9,748 bases of DNA from a virus (IMGVR_UViG_2850756110_000010:1-9748), one strand, 5' to 3'; shown: positions 1-9,367, counted from the stretch's first letter. Notes: a model not told the origin generated them from the letters alone. Made by a program: numbers and translations.

Positions 1-624
1 CTAGCGTGCGCCTGTGCTTAAGCATATCTTAACTACCAGTGCCAGAATTGGGTCCTGACGTTTGCAATCAGCCAGCAATTCAACAATCTGCTCATGGGTA
101 AGCCATGCCATCTCTTTTTCTGCGATGGTGAATTTTCGCATGTTCTCCAGTGGGTTCGGATACGACCATTCGCCCAGACGGGATAGTTCGCTAAAAACAC
201 TACTTAGATAGCTTTGCTCCAGGTTAATGGTGACCGGGCTTGCTCCTTTCTTCCATTTCTCGCTGAAGTAGATCTCGCCTGTCAGGCGTTTATCTCGATA
301 GTGGGCAAACATTTTAGAGGTGAGATCGGTTGCAAGAGGATTGCCCAGAGCGTCAACCATCAACAGCAATTTGTCATAGACATGCTGCCCAGCTGTCAGA
401 GATTTACCATGTAGTTTGAACCATAGCTCAACCACGTCTTTCAGTGTTCGACGATCCACTGATTCACCCAGCCAGGGCTTTGCTTCGGTTTCTTCCATCG
501 TGTGGCGCTCAAAAGCCAGTGCTTCGCCTTTGGTGGCGAATTGTTTACGCACACGACGCCCACTTCGTCCGGCAGGGTAACATTCGCAAAGCCATTTCCC
601 AGTGGTGAGTTTTCGTACTGCCAT
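1..624 (-). CDS. int: P2/186-family tyrosine integrase, N-terminal ~207 aa only; ORF ends in TAG at nt 1-3 before the catalytic domain (likely truncated or pseudogene)
   Basis: Minus-strand ORF starting at ATG 622-624, preceded by GGAGGG about 10 nt upstream. Translation MAVRKLTTGKWLCECYPAGRSGRRVRKQFATKGEALAFE...MAWLTHEQIVELLADCKRQDPILALVVKICLSTGAR resembles the arm-binding and core-binding parts of 186/P2-type integrases (from memory). The 52 codons upstream of M53 in the six-frame ORF do not look integrase-like. Stop codon is at window nt 1-3. Confidence 0.8.
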   Translation of the reverse strand: MAVRKLTTGKWLCECYPAGRSGRRVRKQFATKGEALAFERHTMEETEAKPWLGESVDRRTLKDVVELWFKLHGKSLTAGQHVYDKLLLMVDALGNPLATDLTSKMFAHYRDKRLTGEIYFSEKWKKGASPVTINLEQSYLSSVFSELSRLGEWSYPNPLENMRKFTIAEKEMAWLTHEQIVELLADCKRQDPILALVVKICLSTGAR

Positions 625-897
625 AAAAAATGCCCTCCAGTAGAGAGTATTTTTACTGTATGTATAACCAGTGTCAATGTATGAAATCCTACGACCATAC
701 ATCTCACTGAAGCCATAATGAAGTTGGCTATTCTTTTTGCTATGTGAGCATGTAACTTTTGCGGTTAACCTGCGGCTCATTTTTATTTTAGACGCAGATA
801 TAAAAGCAAAAGTTATCGTGAGTTTTTAGTACAGATTTTTTTGGATTTACTAATAGTTCCATCATTGCAAACAAATTTTCCATCGGAGGTACAGTGA

Positions 898-902
898 GAG
901 AC
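898..902. repeat. IS2 target-site duplication, left copy (GAGAC)
   Basis: GAGAC immediately left of the IS2 terminus at 903; identical 5-mer at 2234-2238. Confidence 0.85.
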
Positions 903-993
903 TAGACTGGCCCCCTGAATCTCCAGACAACCAGTATCACTTAAATAAGTGATAGTCTTAATACTAGTTTTTAGACTAGTCATTGGAGTACAG

Positions 994-1359
994 ATGATTG
1001 ATGTCTTAGGGCCGGAGAAACGCAGACGGCGTACCACACAGGAAAAGATCGCAATTGTTCAGCAGAGCTTTGAACCGGGGATGACGGTCTCCCTCGTTGC
1101 CCGGCAACATGGTGTAGCAGCCAGGCAGTTATTTCTCTGGCGTAAGCAATACCAGGAAGGAAGTCTTACTGCTGTGGCCGCCGGAGAACAGGTTGTTCCT
1201 GCCTCTGAACTTGCTGCCGCCATGAAGCAGATTAAAGAACTCCAGCGCCTGCTCGGCAAGAAAACGATGGAAAATGAACTCCTCAAAGAAGCCGTTGAAT
1301 ATGGACGGGCAAAAAAGTGGATAGCGCACGCGCCCTTATTGCCCGGGGATGGGGAGTAA
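994..1359 (+). CDS. insC: IS2 transposase OrfA (InsC), 121 aa
   Basis: ATG at 994 with GGAG upstream. Translation [40 protein letters not shown]... is the IS2 InsC HTH protein. Confidence 0.93.
1311..1317 (+). other. IS2 programmed -1 ribosomal frameshift heptamer A-AAA-AAG (produces InsCD fusion)
   Basis: AAAAAAG at 1311-1317 lies in the insC frame within the insC/insD overlap; insD is in the -1 frame. Confidence 0.8.
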
Positions 1360-2222
1360 GCTTAGTCAGCCGTTGTCTCCGGGTGTCGCGTGCGCAGTTG
1401 CACGTCATTCTCAGACGAACCGATGACTGGATGGATGGCCGCCGCAGTCGTCACACTGATGATACGGATGTGCTTCTCCGTATACACCATGTTATCGGAG
1501 AGCTGCCCACGTATGGTTATCGTCGGGTATGGGCGCTGCTTCGCAGACAGGCAGAACTTGATGGTATGCCTGCGATCAATGCCAAACGTGTTTACCGGAT
1601 CATGCGCCAGAATGCGCTGTTGCTTGAGCGAAAACCTGCTGTACCGCCATCGAAACGGGCACATACAGGCAGAGTGGCCGTGAAAGAAAGCAATCAGCGA
1701 TGGTGCTCTGACGGGTTCGAGTTCTGCTGTGATAACGGAGAGAGACTGCGTGTCACGTTCGCGCTGGACTGCTGTGATCGTGAGGCACTGCACTGGGCGG
1801 TGACTACCGGCGGCTTCAACAGTGAAACAGTACAGGACGTCATGCTGGGAGCGGTGGAACGCCGCTTCGGCAACGATCTTCCGTCGTCTCCAGTGGAGTG
1901 GCTGACGGATAATGGTTCATGCTACCGGGCTAATGAAACACGCCAGTTCGCCCGGATGTTGGGACTTGAACCGAAGAACACGGCGGTGCGGAGTCCGGAG
2001 AGTAACGGAATAGCAGAGAGCTTCGTGAAAACGATAAAGCGTGACTACATCAGTATCATGCCCAAACCAGACGGGTTAACGGCAGCAAAGAACCTTGCAG
2101 AGGCGTTCGAGCATTATAACGAATGGCATCCGCATAGTGCGCTGGGTTATCGCTCGCCACGGGAATATCTGCGGCAGCGGGCTTGTAATGGGTTAAGTGA
2201 TAACAGATGTCTGGAAATATAG
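1317..2222 (+). CDS. insD: IS2 transposase OrfB (InsD), DDE catalytic domain, 301 codons in the six-frame track
   Basis: ORF in the -1 frame relative to insC. Translation ...[41 protein letters not shown]...DNGSCYRA...[11 protein letters not shown]... is typical of an IS3-family integrase-like DDE transposase. Confidence 0.93.
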
Positions 2223-2233
2223 GGGCAAATCCA

Positions 2234-2238
2234 GAGAC
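2234..2238. repeat. IS2 target-site duplication, right copy (GAGAC)
   Basis: Identical to 898-902, immediately right of the IS2 right terminus at 2233. Confidence 0.85.
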
Positions 2239-2367
2239 ACCTCCCTTTTTCCCAGAACAAGGATAATTTTTAGCATAGGTAGTTAGTGGGCTTAATAACA
2301 AAGAGCATGATAAAGAGCATGATAAAACCACAAAAAATACTTTACCAAGCATAGTTTCCTCCCGGTA

Positions 2368-2937
2368 TTATCTAACATATTTAACTGTTAAACTTATAAT
2401 TTTACCAATTATTTCAATGTCTTCTATCTTACAGTCGAAGGCTCTGTTTCCACCCTCGACGAAGATTCTTCCACCGGGTAAACGAGTAATGTCACGGATC
2501 GTTACTTCGCCATCAATACTTATTACCCATTTACCATCACGTATGTCATCAAATTCTTTATCACAAATAAATTCAGAATTGTTATCTGTGATGACAAAAG
2601 GTTTTTTAAACGTAGAGGGTAGAAATCCCTTATCAAAAATATAAAAACCGTCTTCACGCAAGGCACCATCAGATAATACATATTTAGCAACTTCCATAGT
2701 ATTTGTATTACCTGAAGTTTGCTTTGAACCATGTCCGGTTGTGAGCCAATTAAGCGAGGTGCCCGTTTCAAGGGCGCACTGGATTACCCATTCTGCTGGG
2801 AATGAGTCACGCATGTAGCGTGTGGCGAGTGTACTTTTAGAGATTCCTAAATGATCGCACAACGCCTGTCGAGTCTTGAATCCATAAGCTTCTACCATGC
2901 GCTCTATGGCGCCTCGTCCGCCTTTCTCCAAATTCAT
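2368..2937 (-). CDS. cI: Phage 186-type CI immunity repressor (N-terminal HTH, C-terminal oligomerisation domain), apparently intact
   Basis: ATG at 2935-2937 (minus) with GGAG 5 nt upstream; the six-frame ORF extends 2 codons further to a GTG at 2943. The N-terminus ...AIERMVEAYGFKTRQALCDHLGISKSTLATRYMRDSFPAEWVIQCALETGTSLNWLTTG... resembles the 186 CI HTH domain (from memory). Length about 189 aa, similar to 186 CI. Divergent from the apl/cII genes. Confidence 0.8.
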   Translation of the reverse strand: MNLEKGGRGAIERMVEAYGFKTRQALCDHLGISKSTLATRYMRDSFPAEWVIQCALETGTSLNWLTTGHGSKQTSGNTNTMEVAKYVLSDGALREDGFYIFDKGFLPSTFKKPFVITDNNSEFICDKEFDDIRDGKWVISIDGEVTIRDITRLPGGRIFVEGGNRAFDCKIEDIEIIGKIISLTVKYVR

Positions 2938-3062
2938 GGTCACTCCAAGTGAACTTTTATCTTGGCGATTTCACTGTGCGATCGTATGCTTATGGTGTTC
3001 ACAAAATACAAACGATCCGTATTCGTCCTGATTAATCATCATTAAACGAGGAATGTTGCATC
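2938..3062. promoter_or_regulatory. cI/apl intergenic switch region (putative pR/pL operators)
   Basis: 125-bp AT-rich spacer between divergent cI and apl-like genes. Short inverted repeats: AGTGAAC (2948-2954) with TTCACT (2970-2975) and GTTCAC (2997-3002). No promoter elements were mapped. Confidence 0.4.
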
Positions 3063-3284
3063 ATGAGACCTAACATTTCAATCACTCTTACCACGCCTCA
3101 TGTGACTATTGAACGCTATAGCGAGCTGACAGGGCTATCCATCGATACCATCAATGACATGTTGGCTGATGGACGCCTTATCCGTCACCGTCTGCGCAAA
3201 GATAAAAAACGCGAAAAAGTGATGATCAACATAGCAGCAATGACCGTTGATGCGCTTTCAGAATGCAATCTAAACCTTAATTAG
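3063..3284 (+). CDS. apl: Apl/Cox-like small HTH protein (excisionase and lytic-promoter regulator), 73 aa
   Basis: ATG at 3063 with GAGGAA upstream. First rightward gene opposite cI and immediately upstream of cII, the position of apl in 186. Small basic protein (...[36 protein letters not shown]...). Confidence 0.6.
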   Translation: MRPNISITLTTPHVTIERYSELTGLSIDTINDMLADGRLIRHRLRKDKKREKVMINIAAMTVDALSECNLNLN

Positions 3285-3316
3285 TTCGATTCTGAAATAC
3301 ATCAGAGGCATTGACC

Positions 3317-3496
3317 ATGTTTGATTACCAAGTTTCCAAACATCCATATTTTGATGAAGCCTGTCGTGCATTTGCACTGCGCCACAATCTGGTGCAACTG
3401 GCAGAACGTGCAGGCATGAATGTGCAGATTCTGCGGAACAAGCTGAACCCAGCTCAGCCTCATTTATTAACCGCACCAGAAATCTGGCTGCTTTGA
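3317..3496 (+). pseudogene. cII: cII (186-type lysogeny establishment activator) truncated after about 59 codons by IS911
   Basis: ATG at 3317 with AGAGG upstream. [59 protein letters not shown] resembles the 186 CII N-terminus (full length about 169 aa, from memory). The stop codon TGA at 3494-3496 is the first three bases of the IS911 left end. Confidence 0.75.
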
Positions 3497-3565
3497 AGTG
3501 GCACACTGAATTTGGCCACCTGAACAGAGGTGATATGCTCACCTCAGAACAACACAGGTGCTCCA

Positions 3566-4734
<1,169 letters not shown>

Positions 4735-4743
4735 CCACTTCAC

Positions 4744-5382
4744 GCCAGAGTTTTATTTGAGATCGCAAACAGGGAGGTGGCTTATTACAACATAAGGCAG
4801 GAGTTTAATTACTCAACTGAAATTACTGATTTCATGAAAGCGGTATATTTCCTGTATCTCAATCGTCACGGTTACCGTGGTTTATGTCGCTATAACAAGA
4901 GCGGGCATTTCAACATTCCCTACGGCAATTATAAAAATCCGTATTTCCCTGAAAAAGAAATTCGCGCATTTGCAGAAAAAGCCCAGCGAGCAACGTTTAT
5001 CTGCGCCAGCTTTGATGAAACGCTGGCGATGTTGAAGGCGGGGGATGTGGTGTATTGCGATCCACCGTATGACGGTACGTTTTCCGGCTATCACACTGAT
5101 GGTTTCACTGAAGATGACCAGTATCACCTAGCATCCGTTCTTGAACATCGGTCATCAGAAGGACATCCGGTCATTGTTTCTAACAGTGACACATCCCTGA
5201 TCCGTTCGCTGTATTGCAATTTTACTCACCACTATATCAAGGTAAAACGCAGCATCGGTGTGGCAGCTGGCGAGGGTAAATCAGCAACAGAAATCATTGC
5301 TGTTTCCGGGCCGCGCTGCTGGGTGGGATTTGATTATTCGCGTGGCGTGGATAGTTCTGCCGTGTACGGAGTACGTGCATGA
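4744..5382 (+). pseudogene. dam: Dam-family N6-adenine DNA methyltransferase, 5'-truncated by IS911 (AdoMet-binding motif I missing, DPPY motif present)
   Basis: Open frame runs from the IS911 right end to TGA at 5380-5382. ...[48 protein letters not shown]...[10 protein letters not shown]...VIVSNSDT... resembles E. coli Dam from about residue 75 onward (from memory). No N-terminal FxGxG region and no native start codon. Confidence 0.85.
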
Positions 5383-5487
5383 GCCATGCCGATATGAACA
5401 ACTGCTGCGGCTTTAACGAGGCTGCCGCAGCGTTCTCATGGAACAGCCCGAAAAAGGCCATTAACCCTTATCTGGACCCGGCGGAAG

Positions 5488-6855
5488 TTGCGCCGCGAGG
5501 CACTGAGTGATCAGGTCTGGGAGCGTTATTTTTTTTATGAATCACGTGATCCTGTCCAGCACGAAATGGAGCAGGATAAGCTCATTAGCCGGGCAAAGCT
5601 GGCGCATGAGCAGCAGCGTTTTAATCCGGATATGGTCATTCTGGCGGACGTCAACGCCCAGCCTTCCCATATCAGCAAGCCGCTGATGCAACGTATTGAA
5701 TACTTCAGCAGCCTGGGCAGGCCAAAGGCTTATTCCCGCTATTTACGTGAGACGATTAAGCCATGTCTGGAACGACTGGAGCATGTACGCGACAGCCAGC
5801 TATCTGCATCTTTTCGTTTTATGGCAAGCCATGTAGGGCTGGACGGCCTGCTGATTCTGCCTGAAATGAGTCAGGATCAGGTGAAACGCCTGTCTACCCT
5901 TGTCGCTGCGCATATGAGCATGTGCCTTGATGCAGCTTGTGGTGATTTGTATGCCACCGATGACGTTAAGCCAGAAGAAATCCGCAAGACATGGGAAAAG
6001 GTGGCAGCGGAAACCCTGCGTCTGGATGTCATCCCGCCTGCGTTTGAGCAACTCCGTCGGAAAAGAAACCGCCGTAAACCCGTGCCCTATGAACTCATTC
6101 CGGGTTCGCTGGCGCGTATGTTGTGCGCCGACTGGTGGTACCGGAAATTATGGAAAATGCGTTGCGAATGGCGGGAAGAGCAGTTGCGTGCTGTCTGCCT
6201 GGTCAGCAAAAAAGCATCTCCCTATGTCAGCTATGAAGCCGTGATGCATAAACGTGAGCAGCGCCGCAAGTCATTGGAGTTTTTCCGTTCTCATGAACTG
6301 GTGAACGAAGAGGGCGACACGCTGGATATGGAAGACGTGGTAAACGCCAGCAGCAGCAACCCGGCGCACCGCCGCAATGAGATGATGGCCTGTGTTAAAG
6401 GTCTGGAGCTTATCGCGGAAATGCGCGGTGACTGCGCCGTTTTCTACACCATTACCTGTCCGTCACGTTTCCATTCCACGCTCAATAACGGCAGACCAAA
6501 CCCAACCTGGACAAATGCGACGGTAAGACAAAGCAGCGATTATCTGGTCGGCATGTTTGCTGCATTTCGTAAGGCGATGCACAAAGCCGGGTTGCGCTGG
6601 TATGGCGTGCGGGTGGCTGAGCCGCATCATGACGGTACAGTTCACTGGCACCTGTTGTGTTTTATGCGCAAAAAAGACCGCCGCGCCATTACTGCATTGT
6701 TGCGTAAGTTTGCCATCCGTGAAGACCGCGAGGAACTGGGTAATAACACTGGTCCACGCTTTAAATATGAGCTGATAAACCCGCGCAAAGGAACGCCGAC
6801 AAGCTACATCGCGAAATACATCAGTAAGAACATTGACGGTAAGCGTACAGCCTGA
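5488..6855 (+). pseudogene. P2/186 gpA-like rolling-circle replication initiator, C-terminally truncated by the IS66-family element; N-terminal start uncertain (possible frameshift)
   Basis: Translation contains ...[15 protein letters not shown]... (HUH-type metal motif) and ...[12 protein letters not shown]... (catalytic tyrosine region) typical of P2 gpA. The last 4 codons and the stop are IS terminus sequence beginning GTAAGCG at 6839. Only a TTG start at 5488; an ATG ORF at 5394-5507 lies in a neighbouring frame. Confidence 0.75.
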
Positions 6856-6930
6856 ACCGTCTGGTCAGAATCTGACGAATTAGACAAAGTGGTGTCCACC
6901 AAATAAGTAGTGGGAACCAAAGTGTCAGAT

Positions 6931-7311
6931 ATGCAGAAAAATGTGAATCCCGGCAGGCGAAAAGGCTGCCCTAATTATCCTCCCGAATTTAAACAGCAGC
7001 TCGTTGCTGCCTCCTGTGAACCCGGGATATCCATCTCAAAACTTGCTCTTGAAAATGGCATTAACGCCAATCTGTTGTTCAAATGGCGACAACAATGGCG
7101 CGAGGGAAAGCTGCTATTACCTTCTTCAGAGAGCCCCCAGCTACTTCCTGTGACTCTCGATGCAGCTGCCGAACAGCCAGAATCGCTCGCAGAGGATCCG
7201 GAAACCCTCAGTATCAGCTGTGAGGTAACGTTCCGGCACGGGACGCTCCGCTTCAATGGCAATGTCAGCGAAAAGCTCCTGACTCTGCTGATACAGGAAC
7301 TGAAGCGATGA
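6931..7311 (+). CDS. IS66-family accessory protein Orf1 (TnpA-like)
   Basis: ATG at 6931; the six-frame ORF extends to a GTG at 6910. ...PEFKQQLVAASCEPGISISKLALENGINANLLFKWRQQW... is an HTH protein typical of IS66 orf1. Confidence 0.8.
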   Translation: MQKNVNPGRRKGCPNYPPEFKQQLVAASCEPGISISKLALENGINANLLFKWRQQWREGKLLLPSSESPQLLPVTLDAAAEQPESLAEDPETLSISCEVTFRHGTLRFNGNVSEKLLTLLIQELKR

Positions 7312-7655
7312 TCCCGTTACCTTCCGGGACCAAAATTTGGCTGGTTGCCGGTATCACCGATATGAGAAATGGCTTCAACGGCCTGGCGGCAAAGGTGCAG
7401 ACGACGCTGAAAGACGATCCGATGTCAGGTCACGTTTTTATCTTCCGTGGGCGTAATGGCAGTCAGGTAAAGCTCCTCTGGTCTACCGGCGATGGACTGT
7501 GTCTGCTGACCAAACGGCTGGAGCGCGGCCGCTTCGCCTGGCCGTCAGCCCGGGATGGCAAAGTGTTCCTCACACCGGCACAGCTGGCGATGCTCCTTGA
7601 AGGTATCGACTGGCGGCAGCCTAAAAGACTGCTTACGTCCCTGACTATGTTGTAA
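7308..7655 (+). CDS. IS66-family Orf2 (the IS66 accessory TnpB, not the IS200/IS605 TnpB)
   Basis: ATG overlaps the orf1 stop (ATGA). MIPLPSGTKIWLVAGITDMRNGFNGLAAKVQ...HVFIFRGRNGSQVKLLWSTGDGLCLLTKRLERGRFAWP is a hallmark IS66 Orf2 sequence. Confidence 0.88.
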   Translation: MIPLPSGTKIWLVAGITDMRNGFNGLAAKVQTTLKDDPMSGHVFIFRGRNGSQVKLLWSTGDGLCLLTKRLERGRFAWPSARDGKVFLTPAQLAMLLEGIDWRQPKRLLTSLTML

Positions 7656-7703
7656 GCCTCTTTATCCTGGTCGACGCTGAATGAGCCTGGTAATATACCC
7701 GGT

Positions 7704-9242
7704 ATGAGCAGCTCACTTCCTGACGATATCAATGCACTGAAACGTCTCCTTGCCGAACAGGAGGCGCTGAACCGTGCCCTGCTGGAAAAGCTGAACGAGC
7801 GTGAACGCGAAATAGACCATCTGCAGGCACAGCTGGATAAGCTGCGCCGGATGAACTTCGGCAGCCGCTCCGAAAAAGTCTCCCGTCGTATCGCACAGAT
7901 GGAAGCTGACCTGAAGGCACTTCAGAAAGAAAGTGATACCCTTACCGGTCGGGTTGACGACCCGGCCGTGCAGCGCCCGCTGCGTCAAACCCGCACCCGC
8001 AAACCGTTCCCCGAATCACTCCCCCGCGATGAAAAACGGCTGCTGCCGGCAGCGTCATGCTGCCCGGAATGTGGAGGCTCACTGAGCTATCCGGGTGAGG
8101 ATGCCGCCGAACAGCTGGAGTTGATGCGCAGCGTCTTCCGGGTTATCCGGACTGTACGTGAAAAGCATGCCTGTACTCAGTGCGATGCCATCGTGCAGGC
8201 CCCCGCGCCTTCACGGCCCATCGAGCGGGGTATCGCAGGACCGGGGCTGCTGGCCCGCGTGCTGATCTCAAAGTATGCAGAGCACACCCCGCTGTACCGC
8301 CAGTCTGAAATGTACGGCCGCCAGGGCGTGGAGCTGAGTCGTTCACTGCTGTCGGGCTGGGTGGATGCATGCTGCCGGCTACTGTCACCGCTGGAAGAAG
8401 CGCTTCAGGACTATGTGCTGACTGACGGTAAGCTCCATGCTGATGACACGCCTGTCCCGGTGCTGTTGCCAGGCAATAAGAAAACGAAGACCGGGCGGTT
8501 ATGGACCTACGTTCGTGACGACCGTAACGCCGGGTCAACGCTGGCGCCGGCGGTGTGGTTCGCTTACAGCCCGGACAGAAAAGGCATCCATCCGCAGACC
8601 CATCTTGCGGGGTTCAGTGGTGTACTGCAGGCGGATGCATACGCCGGGTTCAACGAGCTGTACCGGGATGGCCGGATAACGGAAGCCGCCTGTTGGGCTC
8701 ACGCCCGCCGTAAAATCCACGATGTGCACGTTCGCACCCCGTCAGCCCTGACGGAGGAAGCGCTGAAACGGATCGGCGAACTGTACGCCATCGAGGCAGA
8801 GATAAGGGGAATGACGGCGGAGCAGCGCCTTGCCGAACGTCAGTTGAAAACGAAACCGCTGCTGAAATCCCTGGAAAGCTGGCTGCGTGAAAAGATGAAA
8901 ACCCTGTCGCGACACTCAGAACTGGCGAAAGCGTTCGCATACGCCCTGAACCAGTGGCCGGCGCTGACGTACTATGCAGATGATGGCTGGGCTGAGGCGG
9001 ACAATAACATCGCTGAAAATGCGTTGCGGATGGTCAGTCTGGGCCGCAAAAACTACCTGTTCTTCGGTTCGGATCATGGAGGAGAGCGGGGAGCGCTGCT
9101 GTACAGCCTGATCGGGACGTGCAAACTGAACGGAGTGGAGCCAGAAAGCTACCTCCGCTATGTACTTGACGTCATAGCCGACTGGCCGATAAACCGGGTC
9201 GGCGAACTGCTCCCCTGGCGCGTAGCACTGCCGACTGAATAA
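7704..9242 (+). CDS. IS66-family transposase Orf3 (TnpC), 512 aa
   Basis: N-terminal coiled-coil/leucine zipper, zinc-finger-like CCPECGG...CTQCD, and a large DDE-type catalytic region. Ends 37 bp before the right inverted repeat. Confidence 0.88.
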   Translation: MSSSLPDDINALKRLLAEQEALNRALLEKLNEREREIDHLQAQLDKLRRMNFGSRSEKVSRRIAQMEADLKALQKESDTLTGRVDDPAVQRPLRQTRTRKPFPESLPRDEKRLLPAASCCPECGGSLSYPGEDAAEQLELMRSVFRVIRTVREKHACTQCDAIVQAPAPSRPIERGIAGPGLLARVLISKYAEHTPLYRQSEMYGRQGVELSRSLLSGWVDACCRLLSPLEEALQDYVLTDGKLHADDTPVPVLLPGNKKTKTGRLWTYVRDDRNAGSTLAPAVWFAYSPDRKGIHPQTHLAGFSGVLQADAYAGFNELYRDGRITEAACWAHARRKIHDVHVRTPSALTEEALKRIGELYAIEAEIRGMTAEQRLAERQLKTKPLLKSLESWLREKMKTLSRHSELAKAFAYALNQWPALTYYADDGWAEADNNIAENALRMVSLGRKNYLFFGSDHGGERGALLYSLIGTCKLNGVEPESYLRYVLDVIADWPINRVGELLPWRVALPTE

Positions 9243-9309
9243 CACATCCCCGTCAATACGGTTCTTGCTGCACGCTTACACTTAACTTTATGACATCATA
9301 CTGCTTTTA

Positions 9310-9346
9310 GAAGTGAAAAATTAAAAGGGAGAGACTCCGCTCTCCC
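9310..9346 (-). terminator. Rho-independent terminator for the 9368-9748 minus-strand gene
   Basis: Hairpin GGGAGAG-actccg-CTCTCCC (9327-9346), followed on the minus strand by TTTTAATTTTTCAC, about 20 nt downstream of the stop codon. Confidence 0.65.
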
Positions 9347-9367
9347 ATTATTGGCTATTTTGCAGGG

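Larger units (their letters stand above)
903..2233 (+). mobile_element. IS2 (IS3 family), complete 1331-bp copy
   Basis: Left end TAGACTGGCCCCCTGAATCTCCAGACAACC and right end ...TATAGGGGCAAATCCA match the IS2 termini as I recall them. Length 1331 bp. Contains insC/insD with an A6G slippery site. Flanked by 5-bp direct repeats GAGAC. Confidence 0.95.
813..2352 (-). pseudogene. Small ORF (68 codons when IS2 and one target-duplication copy are removed) encoding a predicted signal-peptide, Cys/Lys-rich peptide; split by IS2 after codon 40
   Basis: ATG at 2350-2352 (minus) preceded by GGGAGGAAACT, 15 nt after the cI stop. 5' part is 2239-2352, 3' part is 813-902. Joining across IS2 restores [67 protein letters not shown] with stop at 813-815. 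Hydrophobic N-terminus with an AxA-like TYA site; four Cys in the predicted mature part. No homolog recognised. Confidence 0.5.
6839..9279 (+). mobile_element. IS66-family insertion sequence (ISEc8/ISSfl3-like), about 2441 bp, three-ORF structure
   Basis: Left terminus GTAAGCGTACAGCCTGAACCGT and reverse complement of the right terminus GTAAGCGTGCAGCAAGAACCGT (about 20 of 24 matches). Encodes the IS66 orf1/orf2/orf3 trio with an ATGA overlap between orf1 and orf2. Flanking 8-mers do not match, so no target duplication. Confidence 0.88.

Noticed and set aside
625-780. 5' extension of the integrase ORF to an upstream start at 780 (259-aa version in the six-frame track)
   Set aside because: The extra 52 residues are not integrase-like. 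The ATG at 622-624 has a good SD and aligns with the family N-terminus (MAVRKL...), so the extension is read-through of the upstream non-coding region.
1362-1793. Antisense or overlapping ORFs inside IS and phage genes (for example 1362-1793 minus, 4009-4437 minus, 5927-6244 plus, 8143-8538 minus, 8916-9245 minus)
   Set aside because: They lie entirely within, and opposite or out of frame to, well-supported transposase or gpA coding sequences. They lack ribosome-binding sites and are the spurious long ORFs expected in GC-rich coding DNA.
2290-2317. Tandem direct repeat as a possible CRISPR or minisatellite array
   Set aside because: Only two 12-bp units with no spacers, and they lie inside a coding frame. 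No CRISPR-like repeat-spacer architecture occurs anywhere in the window.
5526-5537. T-rich homopolymer run (about T8) near the gpA 5' end as a programmed frameshift or phase-variation site
   Set aside because: It lies downstream of where the neighbouring ATG frame has already terminated (5507) and within the continuous gpA frame. There is no evidence that it switches frames.
4744-6855. dam plus a gpA-like nuclease as a possible restriction-modification or novel defence pair
   Set aside because: Both are standard parts of 186/Fels-2-like phage early regions (an orphan Dam and the rolling-circle replication initiator), and both are truncated here.
9327-9346. GGGAGAG/CTCTCCC hairpin as an IS66 target or att-like recombination site
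   Set aside because: Its position 20 nt downstream of the minus-strand gene, with a following T-tract on that strand, fits an intrinsic terminator better. It is outside the IS terminal repeats.
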